Sequence record: PX880099.1 | Direction: 5' to 3' (one strand) | Length of the DNA stretch: 64,000 bases | Source of the DNA: a phage | Shown here: positions 18,280 through 28,844 of the stretch, piece by piece | Position numbering within the stretch: the stretch's first letter is position 1 | Layout: the number at the start of each line of letters is the position of its first letter | Made by a program: the position numbers and the translations under genes | The notes under the pieces: generated by a model | What the model was told of the DNA's origin: nothing | Databases searched by the model: none | What the model saw: the letters and a program-made list of their open reading frames with translations, nothing else

Positions 18280-21155
18280 TGTCAAGAGTTAAGCACAATA
18301 TTGACAACACGTTTCAGTTGATTGAAGGGTTGGTTCAGTTTTTGGAAAGAAATACTGGGCTTACCATAGATCCTACGGTTCAGCATTACATTATCAACCC
18401 ACAAAACGTATTGGCGAACAACAGACACTTTATTAACTGGACAGCGCAGGAAGGGCAACCAAACGGTGACGCTACTACCGAAGGTCAATCTGTGCTTATC
18501 ACTGGTTTTGCTTATGCATATTTGGCTACAGGGGATAAAAAATATCTTGAATCTGCCGAGAAGTATTGGCAAGCCTATATAGATCACTTCTTCGGGGGCC
18601 AACCTATTCCTGATCCTCCGGCTAAATATCGTCCCAACTGGATCATCAATGGTAAAGAACCACGTTTAGCACACTACCCTCTCACAGATGATGGATATCC
18701 TACGCACGGCGGGTTCAAAGGTAGCATGATGACTTGGATTAACGGAAGGACTGTTATTCCTAAAGGTGCGCCACACTGGGGAGAATACTTAGATAAAGCT
18801 TGGTTTGCTTTCAATGGTAATCTTGGTTGGAACTCTGTTAACGCAACAGTGTATGCAACTAACCCAGACGGTTCAACCAACTGGAAAGAATATGGAGATC
18901 AGTGGGACGTTGAATGGATTATAGACCGTCTAGGACGTAAAGTTGATTGGGATGGTAACATTTTATCTACTGGTCATAGCTTTGCAGAATATGGAACAGT
19001 GCAACTTAAAAACGCTTCTGTGAACGGTGACTATAAATTCAACTACGCTACATGCAACCCTGTAGAACACGGTGGATATCTGCTTAAGCGTAATGAGATG
19101 TGGCATAACCGTCCTGTAAACGTTCCGGTAGAGTTAGGTTATCAAGATAATGCTTCCGATGCTGAAACGTGGTGGTGTGATGCAAACTACTTGATGTATC
19201 AGATCACAGGAGAGAGAAAATACTGGCTTTGCTGGCAATCTTCTTTATTGCTGTGTCAAGACTACTCAAACATCGATATGTTTGATAAATTCTTCCGTAG
19301 ATCTACGACAGCAATAATTCCTTTTACAGATGGTATCTCTTATGATTACTCATACCCATCTACAGCAATACCTAAATATTCTCGTGACGAATTAGGATAC
19401 ACAGTAATTCGCCAAGATGTTGCAGCACAAACAACTCTAGAACAACAGGCAGTTTGGTTCAGAGTGGATCAGAATTCAAAACTTCGTATTGAGTTTCAAG
19501 GTGTAGATGATGCAGGGGAAGGTGTTCTTTTCCGTCCAGAGTTAGAATTAAGCAAGACTAAGAGTGAAACAGACACAGTGACATATCGTTGTGGCTTACC
19601 TCTTGGTGCAGCTAATATGACTAAGATGGATATACCTTTATCTAGTTTTATGCGCACTGAACCTCCTGGAGGTGGTGTATATATTATTGCTGAACCTAGA
19701 ATCATTGTTGACTGGGGAAGCAATACTGTGATACAATATAAATATGCAACTGGTATTGCTGGGACAAATAGTGATCAGATAGTTTCTGCTAATATGGATT
19801 CAGATGGTGGTTTTACTATTGGGTTTTGGTTAACACCAACTAAAACAGCCAATTTAAAATCTATTACGTATCGTTCATACGCAGATGATTTTAACATCAC
19901 TATTACGGATTCCGCAGGTTGGAGATGGTGGGCTATGTTAGAAAAAACAAATTCTGCATGGGTTACTAAAGCTTTAAGTCCTGCTGATTTCAAATTAAGT
20001 ACTTGGCAACCTAATCACGATGACACAGAGACAAAACCTTCGTCAATAAACCTGACTGCTGTTGATCAGATCAACATTGCATTGGATTCTGAACCTGCAA
20101 ATGGCTTGACAGGGGCAATCGACTTTTATTGCGTTAACGATATCCCATCTTTGTATTCTTCAGCCGCTGGCGATGATTACACAATGTATTTCAGGGTTAC
20201 AGTTTCATCTGAAAATCCTTATACAGCAAAACTTGGAGATTGTACAATACTGGACTACAAACTTGACAGTTTGAATTATACTCCAGGAATCATTCCATTT
20301 TCCAATATTAGTGATCCTAATACAGCATTATATGACGGTTGGCGTGGTATTCCTTACCCAGGTTATCAATACCCATCCTTATATTGTTTTAAAGGGAGAG
20401 ATATTGACTGGGTTCGTATGAACAACAGTATAGACTTTTTATATGATTCACAAATGTGGTTTTATAATAAGTTTGCCCCTGTAATGCCTGGGCCAATGGC
20501 ACAAGCTTATGTTTGGGATCGTTGGGATGCTCATAAATATGGAAACAAAAATGAGTTCACAATGTATCATTGGAACGATAAAGCTTGGGATGGTTATGAA
20601 GCACGAGCATTCTTCTGTGCGTGTCATACGGTATACGAACTGAAAAAACGAGGAGCCGAAGTTCCTGAAAAACTTTTAACAGTTTGTAAAAACTGGATCA
20701 ACTATCTGAAATGGTTCCAAGATAACAACGAAGGAAGAACACCAACAATATTTTATCCCAATGGAGAAGTGGCTGCGCCTGTAGATGACTTTACAAGTCA
20801 CATGTCTGCGCTCTTTATGGCGGGATGTGCTATAATGGGGATGGCTGGATATGATTCAGAAATTCCTAACATTAAAATAGTAGCAGACCGCTGTTTTGAA
20901 CTTATTCAGGAAAACTATATTGTTCTTGGTCCTAATCACGTCATGAATGGTTGTTGGAGTGCCGCTCCTAGACCAGATAGTGATAACGGAGTCTTCTTTG
21001 GCTTCCACGCTGGAGAGTTGTTACGTGGTTTTGGGTTGTATGCTTTATACAAAAAACTTAATCCCCAAAATGCATTACCTGTTTTGGATTCGAGCAATAT
21101 TCCTGCACTTACTGTTTTGACAATGGCAAACATTAGTGTGGACGTTACCGAGTAA
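18279..21155 (+). CDS. Large structural protein (putative tail fibre/spike or baseplate appendage)
   Basis: 958 aa; inserted between W-like and J-like baseplate genes. Confidence 0.5.
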   Translation: MSRVKHNIDNTFQLIEGLVQFLERNTGLTIDPTVQHYIINPQNVLANNRHFINWTAQEGQPNGDATTEGQSVLITGFAYAYLATGDKKYLESAEKYWQAYIDHFFGGQPIPDPPAKYRPNWIINGKEPRLAHYPLTDDGYPTHGGFKGSMMTWINGRTVIPKGAPHWGEYLDKAWFAFNGNLGWNSVNATVYATNPDGSTNWKEYGDQWDVEWIIDRLGRKVDWDGNILSTGHSFAEYGTVQLKNASVNGDYKFNYATCNPVEHGGYLLKRNEMWHNRPVNVPVELGYQDNASDAETWWCDANYLMYQITGERKYWLCWQSSLLLCQDYSNIDMFDKFFRRSTTAIIPFTDGISYDYSYPSTAIPKYSRDELGYTVIRQDVAAQTTLEQQAVWFRVDQNSKLRIEFQGVDDAGEGVLFRPELELSKTKSETDTVTYRCGLPLGAANMTKMDIPLSSFMRTEPPGGGVYIIAEPRIIVDWGSNTVIQYKYATGIAGTNSDQIVSANMDSDGGFTIGFWLTPTKTANLKSITYRSYADDFNITITDSAGWRWWAMLEKTNSAWVTKALSPADFKLSTWQPNHDDTETKPSSINLTAVDQINIALDSEPANGLTGAIDFYCVNDIPSLYSSAAGDDYTMYFRVTVSSENPYTAKLGDCTILDYKLDSLNYTPGIIPFSNISDPNTALYDGWRGIPYPGYQYPSLYCFKGRDIDWVRMNNSIDFLYDSQMWFYNKFAPVMPGPMAQAYVWDRWDAHKYGNKNEFTMYHWNDKAWDGYEARAFFCACHTVYELKKRGAEVPEKLLTVCKNWINYLKWFQDNNEGRTPTIFYPNGEVAAPVDDFTSHMSALFMAGCAIMGMAGYDSEIPNIKIVADRCFELIQENYIVLGPNHVMNGCWSAAPRPDSDNGVFFGFHAGELLRGFGLYALYKKLNPQNALPVLDSSNIPALTVLTMANISVDVTE

Positions 21156-21163
21156 GGGGTAAA

Positions 21164-23317
21164 ATGAAACAAGCTATATTTACTGTCACGCGAGACAAGA
21201 GAGTAAATGCGAGTTCATTTAACTACACGACTGTTGACGGAACAGCAGTCGCTGGTAGAGATTATATAGCAAAATCGGGAACACTTGTGTTCCCGGATGA
21301 TGCTGATTCTGCTACCATTGTGGTTGAAGTATTTGAACGACCAAAGAACTCAATAGATCTTAACTTCTCCCTCCAAGTTTCAGGGATTAGTCAAAATAAC
21401 ATGATGGTTGAAACGACCATCAATTGTATTATAACTACTATCCAAGAAAATACTACTCCAATAACTTGGACTACAAAAGACGTTAAAATGTTTTCTCCTA
21501 TGTATTGGACAATAGATTCTCAAGCAACGGAAAGTTGTTCTATTGTATCTCATGGAGACTCTTTTACTGCAAGATTTGTAAACAGAACAACAGCAGGTTT
21601 GGCAGGGGTTATCTGGAGCACAGTTGACAAATATGACCATAAAGGTGTTGGGTATTTACCCCACACAGATTTAAGTTCAGAGAAACTTTGGTTTAAAATG
21701 GAAATTAGTCAAAACATGCCAGGTTTTAAAGAAGAACCTTTGGTGCCAACTTTGACTGTAACTCTCTTGGATAAAAGTGTCCACTATGTTAGTTTAGGAT
21801 TTTATGCTTCAGATATTTCAGAAGATGGTAAAACAGCTACAATCAAATTAGATTTTGGTAATATCTTCTCTGGTCCTAATAATGATATTCCTTTGGACAT
21901 GAGTGCTGTAGATAATATTTTCTTCTCTTTGATTACAGCAAGGTATGAAGAAATAGAAGAGATTGTGCCTATTGATAGTCAAGAGGCTTGGTTTACTTTC
22001 ACTCTTCTTGAACCTACTTCTGGTTATAGTATGATGAAAGTCAGTAACCTTGTCCAGCCTGAACATGATATTCGCATGTGCACATCTTATGACGATATGT
22101 ATAACCTGACTCCAGAGAGAGTTATTTATAATACATATGCGCTAGGTTATCGTGGAATGATTAACCATTACAATGGAATGTCTCACTATTATGAGTTCTC
22201 ATGGAACGGAACATCTTGGGCTTTAAATAGATCTGTCTTCCTGAATCCAGCTACAGAAGCTTGGCTAAATAGTTTCCATTCTATAGCGAACGAGAAGGGT
22301 TACACAATAATGAACTCTTTAAGTTTTGAGTTGATGAGCACAGTTTGTCCTGTTGAATGGGTCCAGCATGATTGGAACGATGCTCTTGCAGCAACAGGGT
22401 ATGAACCTCCTAGTTATGTGTTGTCTCCAACTATTGACGAAGGTATGGAATATTTGCAAAATGTTATTAATAAAATAGCATCTATTTCGCAAGCTAATAA
22501 TATTCCAGTTGTCATTCAAATTGGTGAGCCTTGGTGGTGGTATAATACAGCAAGTAAAATGCCTTGCATATATGATTACACTACCAAACTGGCATTCAAC
22601 ACAGAAACAGGTTTATTTGCACAAGATGCAGGAACAATAGATAATTATAAAACAGGAACGCCGTTTGACGAATACTATGCATTTTTGTCTCGTAAACTAG
22701 GATTAAGAGTTACAAAGTTTGCAACAGATACTAGAGCAAATTACCCAGGAGCCAAGGTAACATTGCTTCCGTTCTTGCCATCAATTATCGGCAACGGTTT
22801 GATGGAGAAAGTTAACTTCCCGTCTGATTACTACATTCCTGAAGCTTTTGATTTTTACTGTTCAGAGTGTTATGACTGGCTTCTGGAAGGTAAGATGATG
22901 AAAGCATTTGATGCAATTACTATACCACATGAAAAATTAGGTTTTGAATATTCTGATATTCACTACCTTTCAGGTTTTGTTCCAGATGCTACTCTTGCAC
23001 CTTTGTATGGCTTTGATCCTAAATCAAACTACCGCACATATCTTTGGAAGATGATTATAGGTAACATAGTGTTGAACGCCAATAAGTTTGACGGACTTAC
23101 ACAATATATATGGGCCTATCCTCAAATAATGCATGATTCTATCACGGTAGTTAATTCTCAATCCCAAGTTTTCTATATGGGTAACGTGCCTTTGAACGTT
23201 TATTTACAGGATATCACTCTTAAACAGGTAAATGTTGAGATTGCCACCATAAGTGGAATTACATTAGCCACTAAATCTGGAGAAGATTTAGTAACAACAC
23301 AAAAATTTTATATATAG
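21164..23317 (+). CDS. Large structural protein (putative tail fibre/spike)
   Basis: 717 aa in the same insertion. Confidence 0.5.
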   Translation: MKQAIFTVTRDKRVNASSFNYTTVDGTAVAGRDYIAKSGTLVFPDDADSATIVVEVFERPKNSIDLNFSLQVSGISQNNMMVETTINCIITTIQENTTPITWTTKDVKMFSPMYWTIDSQATESCSIVSHGDSFTARFVNRTTAGLAGVIWSTVDKYDHKGVGYLPHTDLSSEKLWFKMEISQNMPGFKEEPLVPTLTVTLLDKSVHYVSLGFYASDISEDGKTATIKLDFGNIFSGPNNDIPLDMSAVDNIFFSLITARYEEIEEIVPIDSQEAWFTFTLLEPTSGYSMMKVSNLVQPEHDIRMCTSYDDMYNLTPERVIYNTYALGYRGMINHYNGMSHYYEFSWNGTSWALNRSVFLNPATEAWLNSFHSIANEKGYTIMNSLSFELMSTVCPVEWVQHDWNDALAATGYEPPSYVLSPTIDEGMEYLQNVINKIASISQANNIPVVIQIGEPWWWYNTASKMPCIYDYTTKLAFNTETGLFAQDAGTIDNYKTGTPFDEYYAFLSRKLGLRVTKFATDTRANYPGAKVTLLPFLPSIIGNGLMEKVNFPSDYYIPEAFDFYCSECYDWLLEGKMMKAFDAITIPHEKLGFEYSDIHYLSGFVPDATLAPLYGFDPKSNYRTYLWKMIIGNIVLNANKFDGLTQYIWAYPQIMHDSITVVNSQSQVFYMGNVPLNVYLQDITLKQVNVEIATISGITLATKSGEDLVTTQKFYI

Positions 23318-23325
23318 GAGTAAAA

Positions 23326-25101
23326 ATGTCAACTACAATTACTAATTTACCCGAAACATCAAAAGTTAATGGTTCTGATTACCTGGTTTTAGACCAACCT
23401 GATAAGACTGTTAAAAGCACAGTTTCCAACTTTCTTACTGACACTGGGGTGGTTTTAGCCACCCAGTTGAAAGATACTGGCTCAGAGTTAGTTACTTATA
23501 AATCTGCATTGAGTGGTGCGATTGCGCGTAACATCCATGAACGACTTTCTGACTATGTAAGTGTTAAAGACTTTGGTGCAATTGGTGATGGAGTTGCTGA
23601 TGATACAGCAGCAATACAGATAGCTAATGATGCAGCTACAGAAGTGGGTACTACTTTGTTCTTCCCTAAAGGGGTGTATCGTTGTACTGATGGTATCGAC
23701 AAGACTTGTGAATGGGTAGGTTCAGGTGCTGCAAAAATAGGTGCTTTTCCTCTTACGGATGATAAAGTATTTATGATACCAGGAATCAAGAACAAACTAC
23801 CTGGTACTTGCTTGTTATTCACTGGTGTAGGAACAAAATCTTTCTCTACAAATAGAGAAGACGAGTTCTCTAGTGTACGCTATTGTGTGTTAAATAAGGG
23901 AAGGAAAGGGCAAGGGTTAACACCTTTCGGTAAAGACCTAGCAATAGTGTGTGATTTTAACTATAAGAATACACTAGACGGAGAAGTTACAGATCCTACT
24001 AATGACAACTCTGCGGATTACGATGTAGGGTTGTTAATGCACAATACAGACCTATCTGGCCCATCTAATGTAACAGTCGGGGGTTATTTCAAGGTAGCAG
24101 GTACAATGCACTTTGGGCAAGACCCTGACGGGTGTACTGTATATGAATTAAGGACTATGGGAAACATTGGCCTAGCTATAGTAGGGGATGGCACTGGCAC
24201 TAATAGTGCATTTAATATGCACGGTGGTGCTATCTTTGGAAACGACCATCACAGCCGTAACGTAGAGTCCGGTGTAGAGAAGTGGGGAAAACATGCACTA
24301 TACATAGACATCCCATCTTCTGTAGGTTCTGGTTCACGTAATGGTATCTCCTTCCATGGAACATGGCTGGCAACTAAGTTAGATGTTCCAGTAAAATATG
24401 ACAGATGCGGTGCTATCCAATTCTTTGGTGTGGTGTTTGAGAATGCAACACAAGCAGGTAGCCAACAAGCGGGAGGTATTAAAAAACAAATTGGAACCAG
24501 TAATACAGGTGATATAGGTTTCTTTGGGTGCAGATTTAATTCAGACCAGATACGTATTTCTGGTGCTTTATTGGATACTGCGACGGAATCGACAGTGATC
24601 GTTTCTGGAAGTAATGCTGGATATGGTGTTGAATTTTGGAAAGGAAAGGTTGGAGGGCGTTTTACAGGAAGCAAAAATCAAACAAATATTCAACTAACGG
24701 ATGATCCAACAAAAACAACTAGTGGTGTGGTTCTACGTCGTGATTCTTCTGGTAATTTTAATATCTTACATAACAATGATATTAAATTTACATGCGACGG
24801 TGGGGGGATTAAGACCCACCTATCATCAACTGTAGCTACAGTTAGTGGTGGTCAGACTAATATAACTAGAAACTTGCACAAGCTAAGTGGTGGTACTCAA
24901 GAGTTAAACACATTGAACGGTGGAGTCGAAGGGATGCGTGTTGTTTTAGTGAGAAACACATCTGCCGACACAATTACACTAAAGAATCAAACAGGCAATT
25001 TACGCATCAATGGGGACTTTACTCTAGGAGCCTTCGACACTATAGAGCTAATTTACATAGGTGGTTATTGGAATGAAATAGGACGAGTTGACAGGGCTTA
25101 A
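23326..25101 (+). CDS. Tailspike with pectate-lyase-fold (beta-helix) domain, putative depolymerase
   Basis: 591 aa; conserved fibre-anchor-like N-terminus, then VKDFGAIGDGVADDTAAIQ motif typical of Pectate_lyase_3-type beta-helix proteins. Confidence 0.6.
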   Translation: MSTTITNLPETSKVNGSDYLVLDQPDKTVKSTVSNFLTDTGVVLATQLKDTGSELVTYKSALSGAIARNIHERLSDYVSVKDFGAIGDGVADDTAAIQIANDAATEVGTTLFFPKGVYRCTDGIDKTCEWVGSGAAKIGAFPLTDDKVFMIPGIKNKLPGTCLLFTGVGTKSFSTNREDEFSSVRYCVLNKGRKGQGLTPFGKDLAIVCDFNYKNTLDGEVTDPTNDNSADYDVGLLMHNTDLSGPSNVTVGGYFKVAGTMHFGQDPDGCTVYELRTMGNIGLAIVGDGTGTNSAFNMHGGAIFGNDHHSRNVESGVEKWGKHALYIDIPSSVGSGSRNGISFHGTWLATKLDVPVKYDRCGAIQFFGVVFENATQAGSQQAGGIKKQIGTSNTGDIGFFGCRFNSDQIRISGALLDTATESTVIVSGSNAGYGVEFWKGKVGGRFTGSKNQTNIQLTDDPTKTTSGVVLRRDSSGNFNILHNNDIKFTCDGGGIKTHLSSTVATVSGGQTNITRNLHKLSGGTQELNTLNGGVEGMRVVLVRNTSADTITLKNQTGNLRINGDFTLGAFDTIELIYIGGYWNEIGRVDRA

Positions 25102-25106
25102 CTAGA

Positions 25107-25128
25107 CAGTGCGTAAGCACTGCTTTTC
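25107..25128 (+). terminator. Terminator after tailspike gene
   Basis: CAGTGC / GTAA loop / GCACTG followed by CTTTTC. Confidence 0.5.
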
Positions 25129-25223
25129 ACACAACTTTTCTTAAAGGTTATCCTAGAGATAGCCTTTCTGAATGGGTGGTATCAGAAAAGTTATTCCATG
25201 CATCTGTTTCCCTGTAACACTAT

Positions 25224-25245
25224 CCCCTCTCTGGAGGGGTTTCTT
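25224..25245 (+). terminator. Second hairpin with T-rich tail
   Basis: CCCCTC / TCTG loop / GAGGGG followed by TTTCTT, just upstream of the RBS of small ORF 25266. Confidence 0.4.
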
Positions 25246-25265
25246 AGAAAAACAAAGAGGTACTT

Positions 25266-25415
25266 ATGAACGAATTATTCTCCCAAGGCGGTATTGCCCC
25301 AGGTACTACTGCCATTAGTCTTAGTGCTGCTGTACTTGTGCATTCAGCGGGTTCTGTAGACCTTGGGGAATTAGCTGTATCTCGTGATTTAAAAAGTAAT
25401 GAGAACGCACTATGA
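25266..25415 (+). CDS. Small hypothetical protein (49 aa)
   Basis: Not in ORF track (below 60 aa). AAGAGG RBS 6 nt before ATG; stop overlaps next start (ATGA). Confidence 0.35.
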   Translation: MNELFSQGGIAPGTTAISLSAAVLVHSAGSVDLGELAVSRDLKSNENAL

Positions 25416-25654
25416 GAAAATTTTTAATAGGTATGTTCTGTACATATCCTGATAATAAAGTCAGTTCTACTAAAGTCTGGAACGCTGTAGGCATGTCGGT
25501 TATGACAGGCATGTTTATCTTTTTAGGAATAGAAAAAGAAATTCCTGAATGGATGGGTTGGGCTTTTGTTTTCATGATAACCCCTTCTCGCCTCATGAAA
25601 AATCTTATTGATTTACGTTGGGGCAGATCACAATCTACCAAAGAGGATGACTAA
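25412..25654 (+). CDS. Small membrane protein (two predicted TM helices)
   Basis: 80 aa with hydrophobic segments VWNAVGMSVMTGMFIFLGI and WMGWAFVFMITP; coupled to upstream and downstream genes. Confidence 0.5.
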   Translation: MRKFLIGMFCTYPDNKVSSTKVWNAVGMSVMTGMFIFLGIEKEIPEWMGWAFVFMITPSRLMKNLIDLRWGRSQSTKEDD

Positions 25655-27141
25655 TGGACGAATATGGTTTGACAGATGCGGGATTTGTAATCCCGACTTT
25701 TGACGATGTTTTAAACAACTACATGACAGCAGTAAAAAACACATTTGGTGCAGATGCAGCCACTTCGGAAGATACTGTGATCGGACAACTGTTTAGAATA
25801 ATTGCATATACAGATTACACATTGTGGGAAGGTATGCAAGGGGTTTATAATACTCAAACACTGGATGGTGCAGAAGGTATTTATCTTGATGAAATCTTTT
25901 CTAAACGTGGTTTCTATCGAGCAGGGGCGGCAGCAAGTACAGGTTATGCATATGTTAAAAGTAATAACAAAGCAGCTTGGACTTATGAGTTAGGCACGGA
26001 TATTTACTTCAACTCTGATAGTGATATGAACTACTATGTTAGCACACCAACTATGTTGAATGCTAAGATTGCAGCTTATCAAATCTCTCGTGCTAATGCA
26101 ACTGCTACAGGTGTTCCAAATATTACTTTTTATGCACAAAGTGCGGTGGATGGAGGACTAAACAGTAAAACACTTGCACCTGGTTCTTCTACATTTATAA
26201 CCGATCTTGAAACTTTTATCAAGGCGAATTTAACAGAAGCTGATCGTAGTCTTGTATTTTCTGATTCAGGTAACTTATCAATTGGTTTTACTTCTTTAAC
26301 CAGTGATACTCCAGTGGGACTAGTAACTCCTATCAAATTTTATGCTAGTGTTCCAGTTGGAACTAAATGGAGTGAAATTCCAGTAGTTGCAGCAGAGAAA
26401 GGATACAATCCTGTTGGTGTGGAGTCTATTACAGGGATATCTTCTACCTTTACAGGTTATCTTGACAGTGGTAACTTCTATTCATTTTCTCCGGGTCGAG
26501 ATGTTGAGACAGACGCAGAATTCCGCTCTCGTTTCAATGACAACGTTGATGAAGCTAACGCAGGGACACGAGCAGCTATTGTGAAAGCTCTGCTACTTAC
26601 AGATGGTGTTACTAAGGTGAAGATTTATGATAACCCTACATTACATGATCAAGAACATGCTCCAGCTATGACTTTCCAGACTATAGTTTATGGTGGCAGT
26701 GCAGAAGAAATTGCAAATGTTATCTATAAAACCAAACCAATCAACACTTTGACACACGGAACAACTAACATAACAGTTACAACAGAAGATGGAGGACAAG
26801 AAATTATTCGCTTCTCTCCTGGTGCTTCTGCTATGTATTCCGTAAAACTTGTTTATCAAACTGTCAACGGAACAACTTTAAGTGGAACAGAAAAACAAAA
26901 CATCGTAGAAGCTTTACAAAACCTGCAAGCTTACTTTGAGTTAGGTTCTTCAGTAACGAACGATCAAATCAAAGGTGTTATTTATGCAGCACTTGCTTTT
27001 GGACGCTTGACTTCTCTTCGTGTTTATGTTAAACTTAATACTGAGGATGACAGTAAATATACAGAGAATAATATAGTTCCTGCTTATAATGTTGTCCCTT
27101 CTTTTGACCTTGATAACATTTCTTACGAGTATGGAGTGTAA
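25654..27141 (+). CDS. Baseplate wedge protein, J-like (P2 gpJ / T4 gp6 family)
   Basis: 495 aa; N-terminal YGLTDAGFVIPTFDDVL pattern typical of Baseplate_J proteins; followed by I-like and fibre genes. Confidence 0.5.
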   Translation: MDEYGLTDAGFVIPTFDDVLNNYMTAVKNTFGADAATSEDTVIGQLFRIIAYTDYTLWEGMQGVYNTQTLDGAEGIYLDEIFSKRGFYRAGAAASTGYAYVKSNNKAAWTYELGTDIYFNSDSDMNYYVSTPTMLNAKIAAYQISRANATATGVPNITFYAQSAVDGGLNSKTLAPGSSTFITDLETFIKANLTEADRSLVFSDSGNLSIGFTSLTSDTPVGLVTPIKFYASVPVGTKWSEIPVVAAEKGYNPVGVESITGISSTFTGYLDSGNFYSFSPGRDVETDAEFRSRFNDNVDEANAGTRAAIVKALLLTDGVTKVKIYDNPTLHDQEHAPAMTFQTIVYGGSAEEIANVIYKTKPINTLTHGTTNITVTTEDGGQEIIRFSPGASAMYSVKLVYQTVNGTTLSGTEKQNIVEALQNLQAYFELGSSVTNDQIKGVIYAALAFGRLTSLRVYVKLNTEDDSKYTENNIVPAYNVVPSFDLDNISYEYGV

Positions 27142-27143
27142 AA

Positions 27144-27773
27144 ATGGCAGTGAGTGTTGACCATGTAACAACTTGGGCCAGTATCAATGAAGATGTTAAA
27201 AACCTTCTGATTGAAGATTTTAAATCTTCTCCTAACATTGTCAAGCTCCTCTACATCGTATCCAGTGAAAAGCAAAAGATAGATCAGGCAATGATCTATC
27301 TTGCTAAACACCGCTTGATCTCTACAGCCACAGGCAAATACCTAGATATTCTAGGGGAAGAAATGGGGATCGAACGTAATGGCTCTGATGATGAAGAGTA
27401 TAGAACAATATTAAAAATCAGGGCTTACCGCGTAGCCTCATCGGGGACTCGTGGTGACATAATTGATATCTTCGCCCGTTTCACAGGAACAGAGCGTGAA
27501 ACGCTTAATACTTACGTAGGTTTGAATAAAACCTTTGATGTGTTTTTCTACAACCTGTGTCTTCAATCTGATCAAGCTTTAGAGCAGTTGCTAAGTGTTT
27601 TCCCTATTATTAGTAGCTACCGTCTTGGAGCAAAAGCAGGATCAGCTTTTGGTTTTAGTTCTTATTATGCTACCAAACCGCCTCATGGTATTGGTGGTTT
27701 AGGTTCCCTGTACATGGAATCTACTGGGGATGAAACAGGACGCATGTGTACGCTTCTCAAGCAAATAGATTAA
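27144..27773 (+). CDS. Putative baseplate protein (P2 gpI / Mu gp48-like position)
   Basis: 209 aa directly after J-like gene; positional inference. Confidence 0.4.
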   Translation: MAVSVDHVTTWASINEDVKNLLIEDFKSSPNIVKLLYIVSSEKQKIDQAMIYLAKHRLISTATGKYLDILGEEMGIERNGSDDEEYRTILKIRAYRVASSGTRGDIIDIFARFTGTERETLNTYVGLNKTFDVFFYNLCLQSDQALEQLLSVFPIISSYRLGAKAGSAFGFSSYYATKPPHGIGGLGSLYMESTGDETGRMCTLLKQID

Positions 27774-27782
27774 GGAGTTTAA

Positions 27783-28844
27783 ATGGCGAAGCCAATATAT
27801 TATCCTGACTGGGCTACACAAACTGTAACGCTCCCAGGAACTTTAAACACAAACAAAATTAGACCTAAAGAAACCATCCGCACAGTTGGTATGGATTATG
27901 GTCAAATCATGACTTGCGAAGAAATGAACTGGATTCTTAATAATATCGGTTTATGGATTCGCTATTTGGTGGATGATTTTCTTCCAACTTTACCTAATAC
28001 CTACTTGCCTTTAGTGGGAACTAAGATTACAATGGCAGGTGATGCTACTGGTGAGGCCACTTGGAACGGTAACAAAGAAGTTACTTTATCTATCCAAGTT
28101 CAAGATAACAGTCATAATCACTTGTCAGCAAACATTACAGATGCTACTAGTTCAACAGTAACACCAAACGTGTTGGTAAAACGTGATGCGGGTGGTGCTA
28201 TTTATGGTGGCGATGTTTATGTTAACGGTACTTCCACAACAGATCCTGCAACACTGTTCTTCAAAAACTTTGCAGGACAAACAAATGGTGAGATTTCTGC
28301 CGAGTATCAAAGCGGAGGTCAGCTTTACATCTATCGTAGAAATCCTAGCACAGGTAGTGTATCGGCAGGTGTTCGTTTATATGATGCAGGTTATGTTCTA
28401 ATAGATAATCCAAGATCGAACAGTGGACAAGATACTTCTAACGGAAATGCTTTAGTTCGTTTAGATTATCTGAACTCTCGTTTGACTTCCCTTCAGAACA
28501 CATTGCAGACGAATATTAACACTGTTCAAAACAACTTGAATAATGTTAACAACAACCTCTCTTCTCGTATAAACAATGTAGAAAGTAATCATCAAAGCCA
28601 GATTACAAATAACTACAACTATGCTAACGGAACCTTTGTAAGAGATATTCGTTATACTAGCCAAGGTGTGTATTATCCACCAGGGAACGAGGTTTCTTGG
28701 ACTTATATCTGTTCTTCTGGTTATGTTCTTTCTGGTATTATTGTTCAGGAAACAGGTCGTAGTTCTGCGGATAACATTGGTGGGGTTTACTTCAAACGCC
28801 TCCAGCGCAACGTTAACGGAAACTGGTACGATATTGGAGGCTAA
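27783..28844 (+). CDS. Putative tail fibre protein
   Basis: 353 aa after J/I-like genes; N/S/T/Q-rich repetitive C-terminal half; followed by chaperone-sized gene. Confidence 0.5.
   Translation: MAKPIYYPDWATQTVTLPGTLNTNKIRPKETIRTVGMDYGQIMTCEEMNWILNNIGLWIRYLVDDFLPTLPNTYLPLVGTKITMAGDATGEATWNGNKEVTLSIQVQDNSHNHLSANITDATSSTVTPNVLVKRDAGGAIYGGDVYVNGTSTTDPATLFFKNFAGQTNGEISAEYQSGGQLYIYRRNPSTGSVSAGVRLYDAGYVLIDNPRSNSGQDTSNGNALVRLDYLNSRLTSLQNTLQTNINTVQNNLNNVNNNLSSRINNVESNHQSQITNNYNYANGTFVRDIRYTSQGVYYPPGNEVSWTYICSSGYVLSGIIVQETGRSSADNIGGVYFKRLQRNVNGNWYDIGG

Noticed and set aside
25102-25265. Possible tRNA or small RNA gene in the 160-nt spacer
   Set aside because: No T-loop-like GTTCRANYC element or cloverleaf arrangement could be recognised by eye; kept only as hairpins. 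A tRNA scan would settle it.
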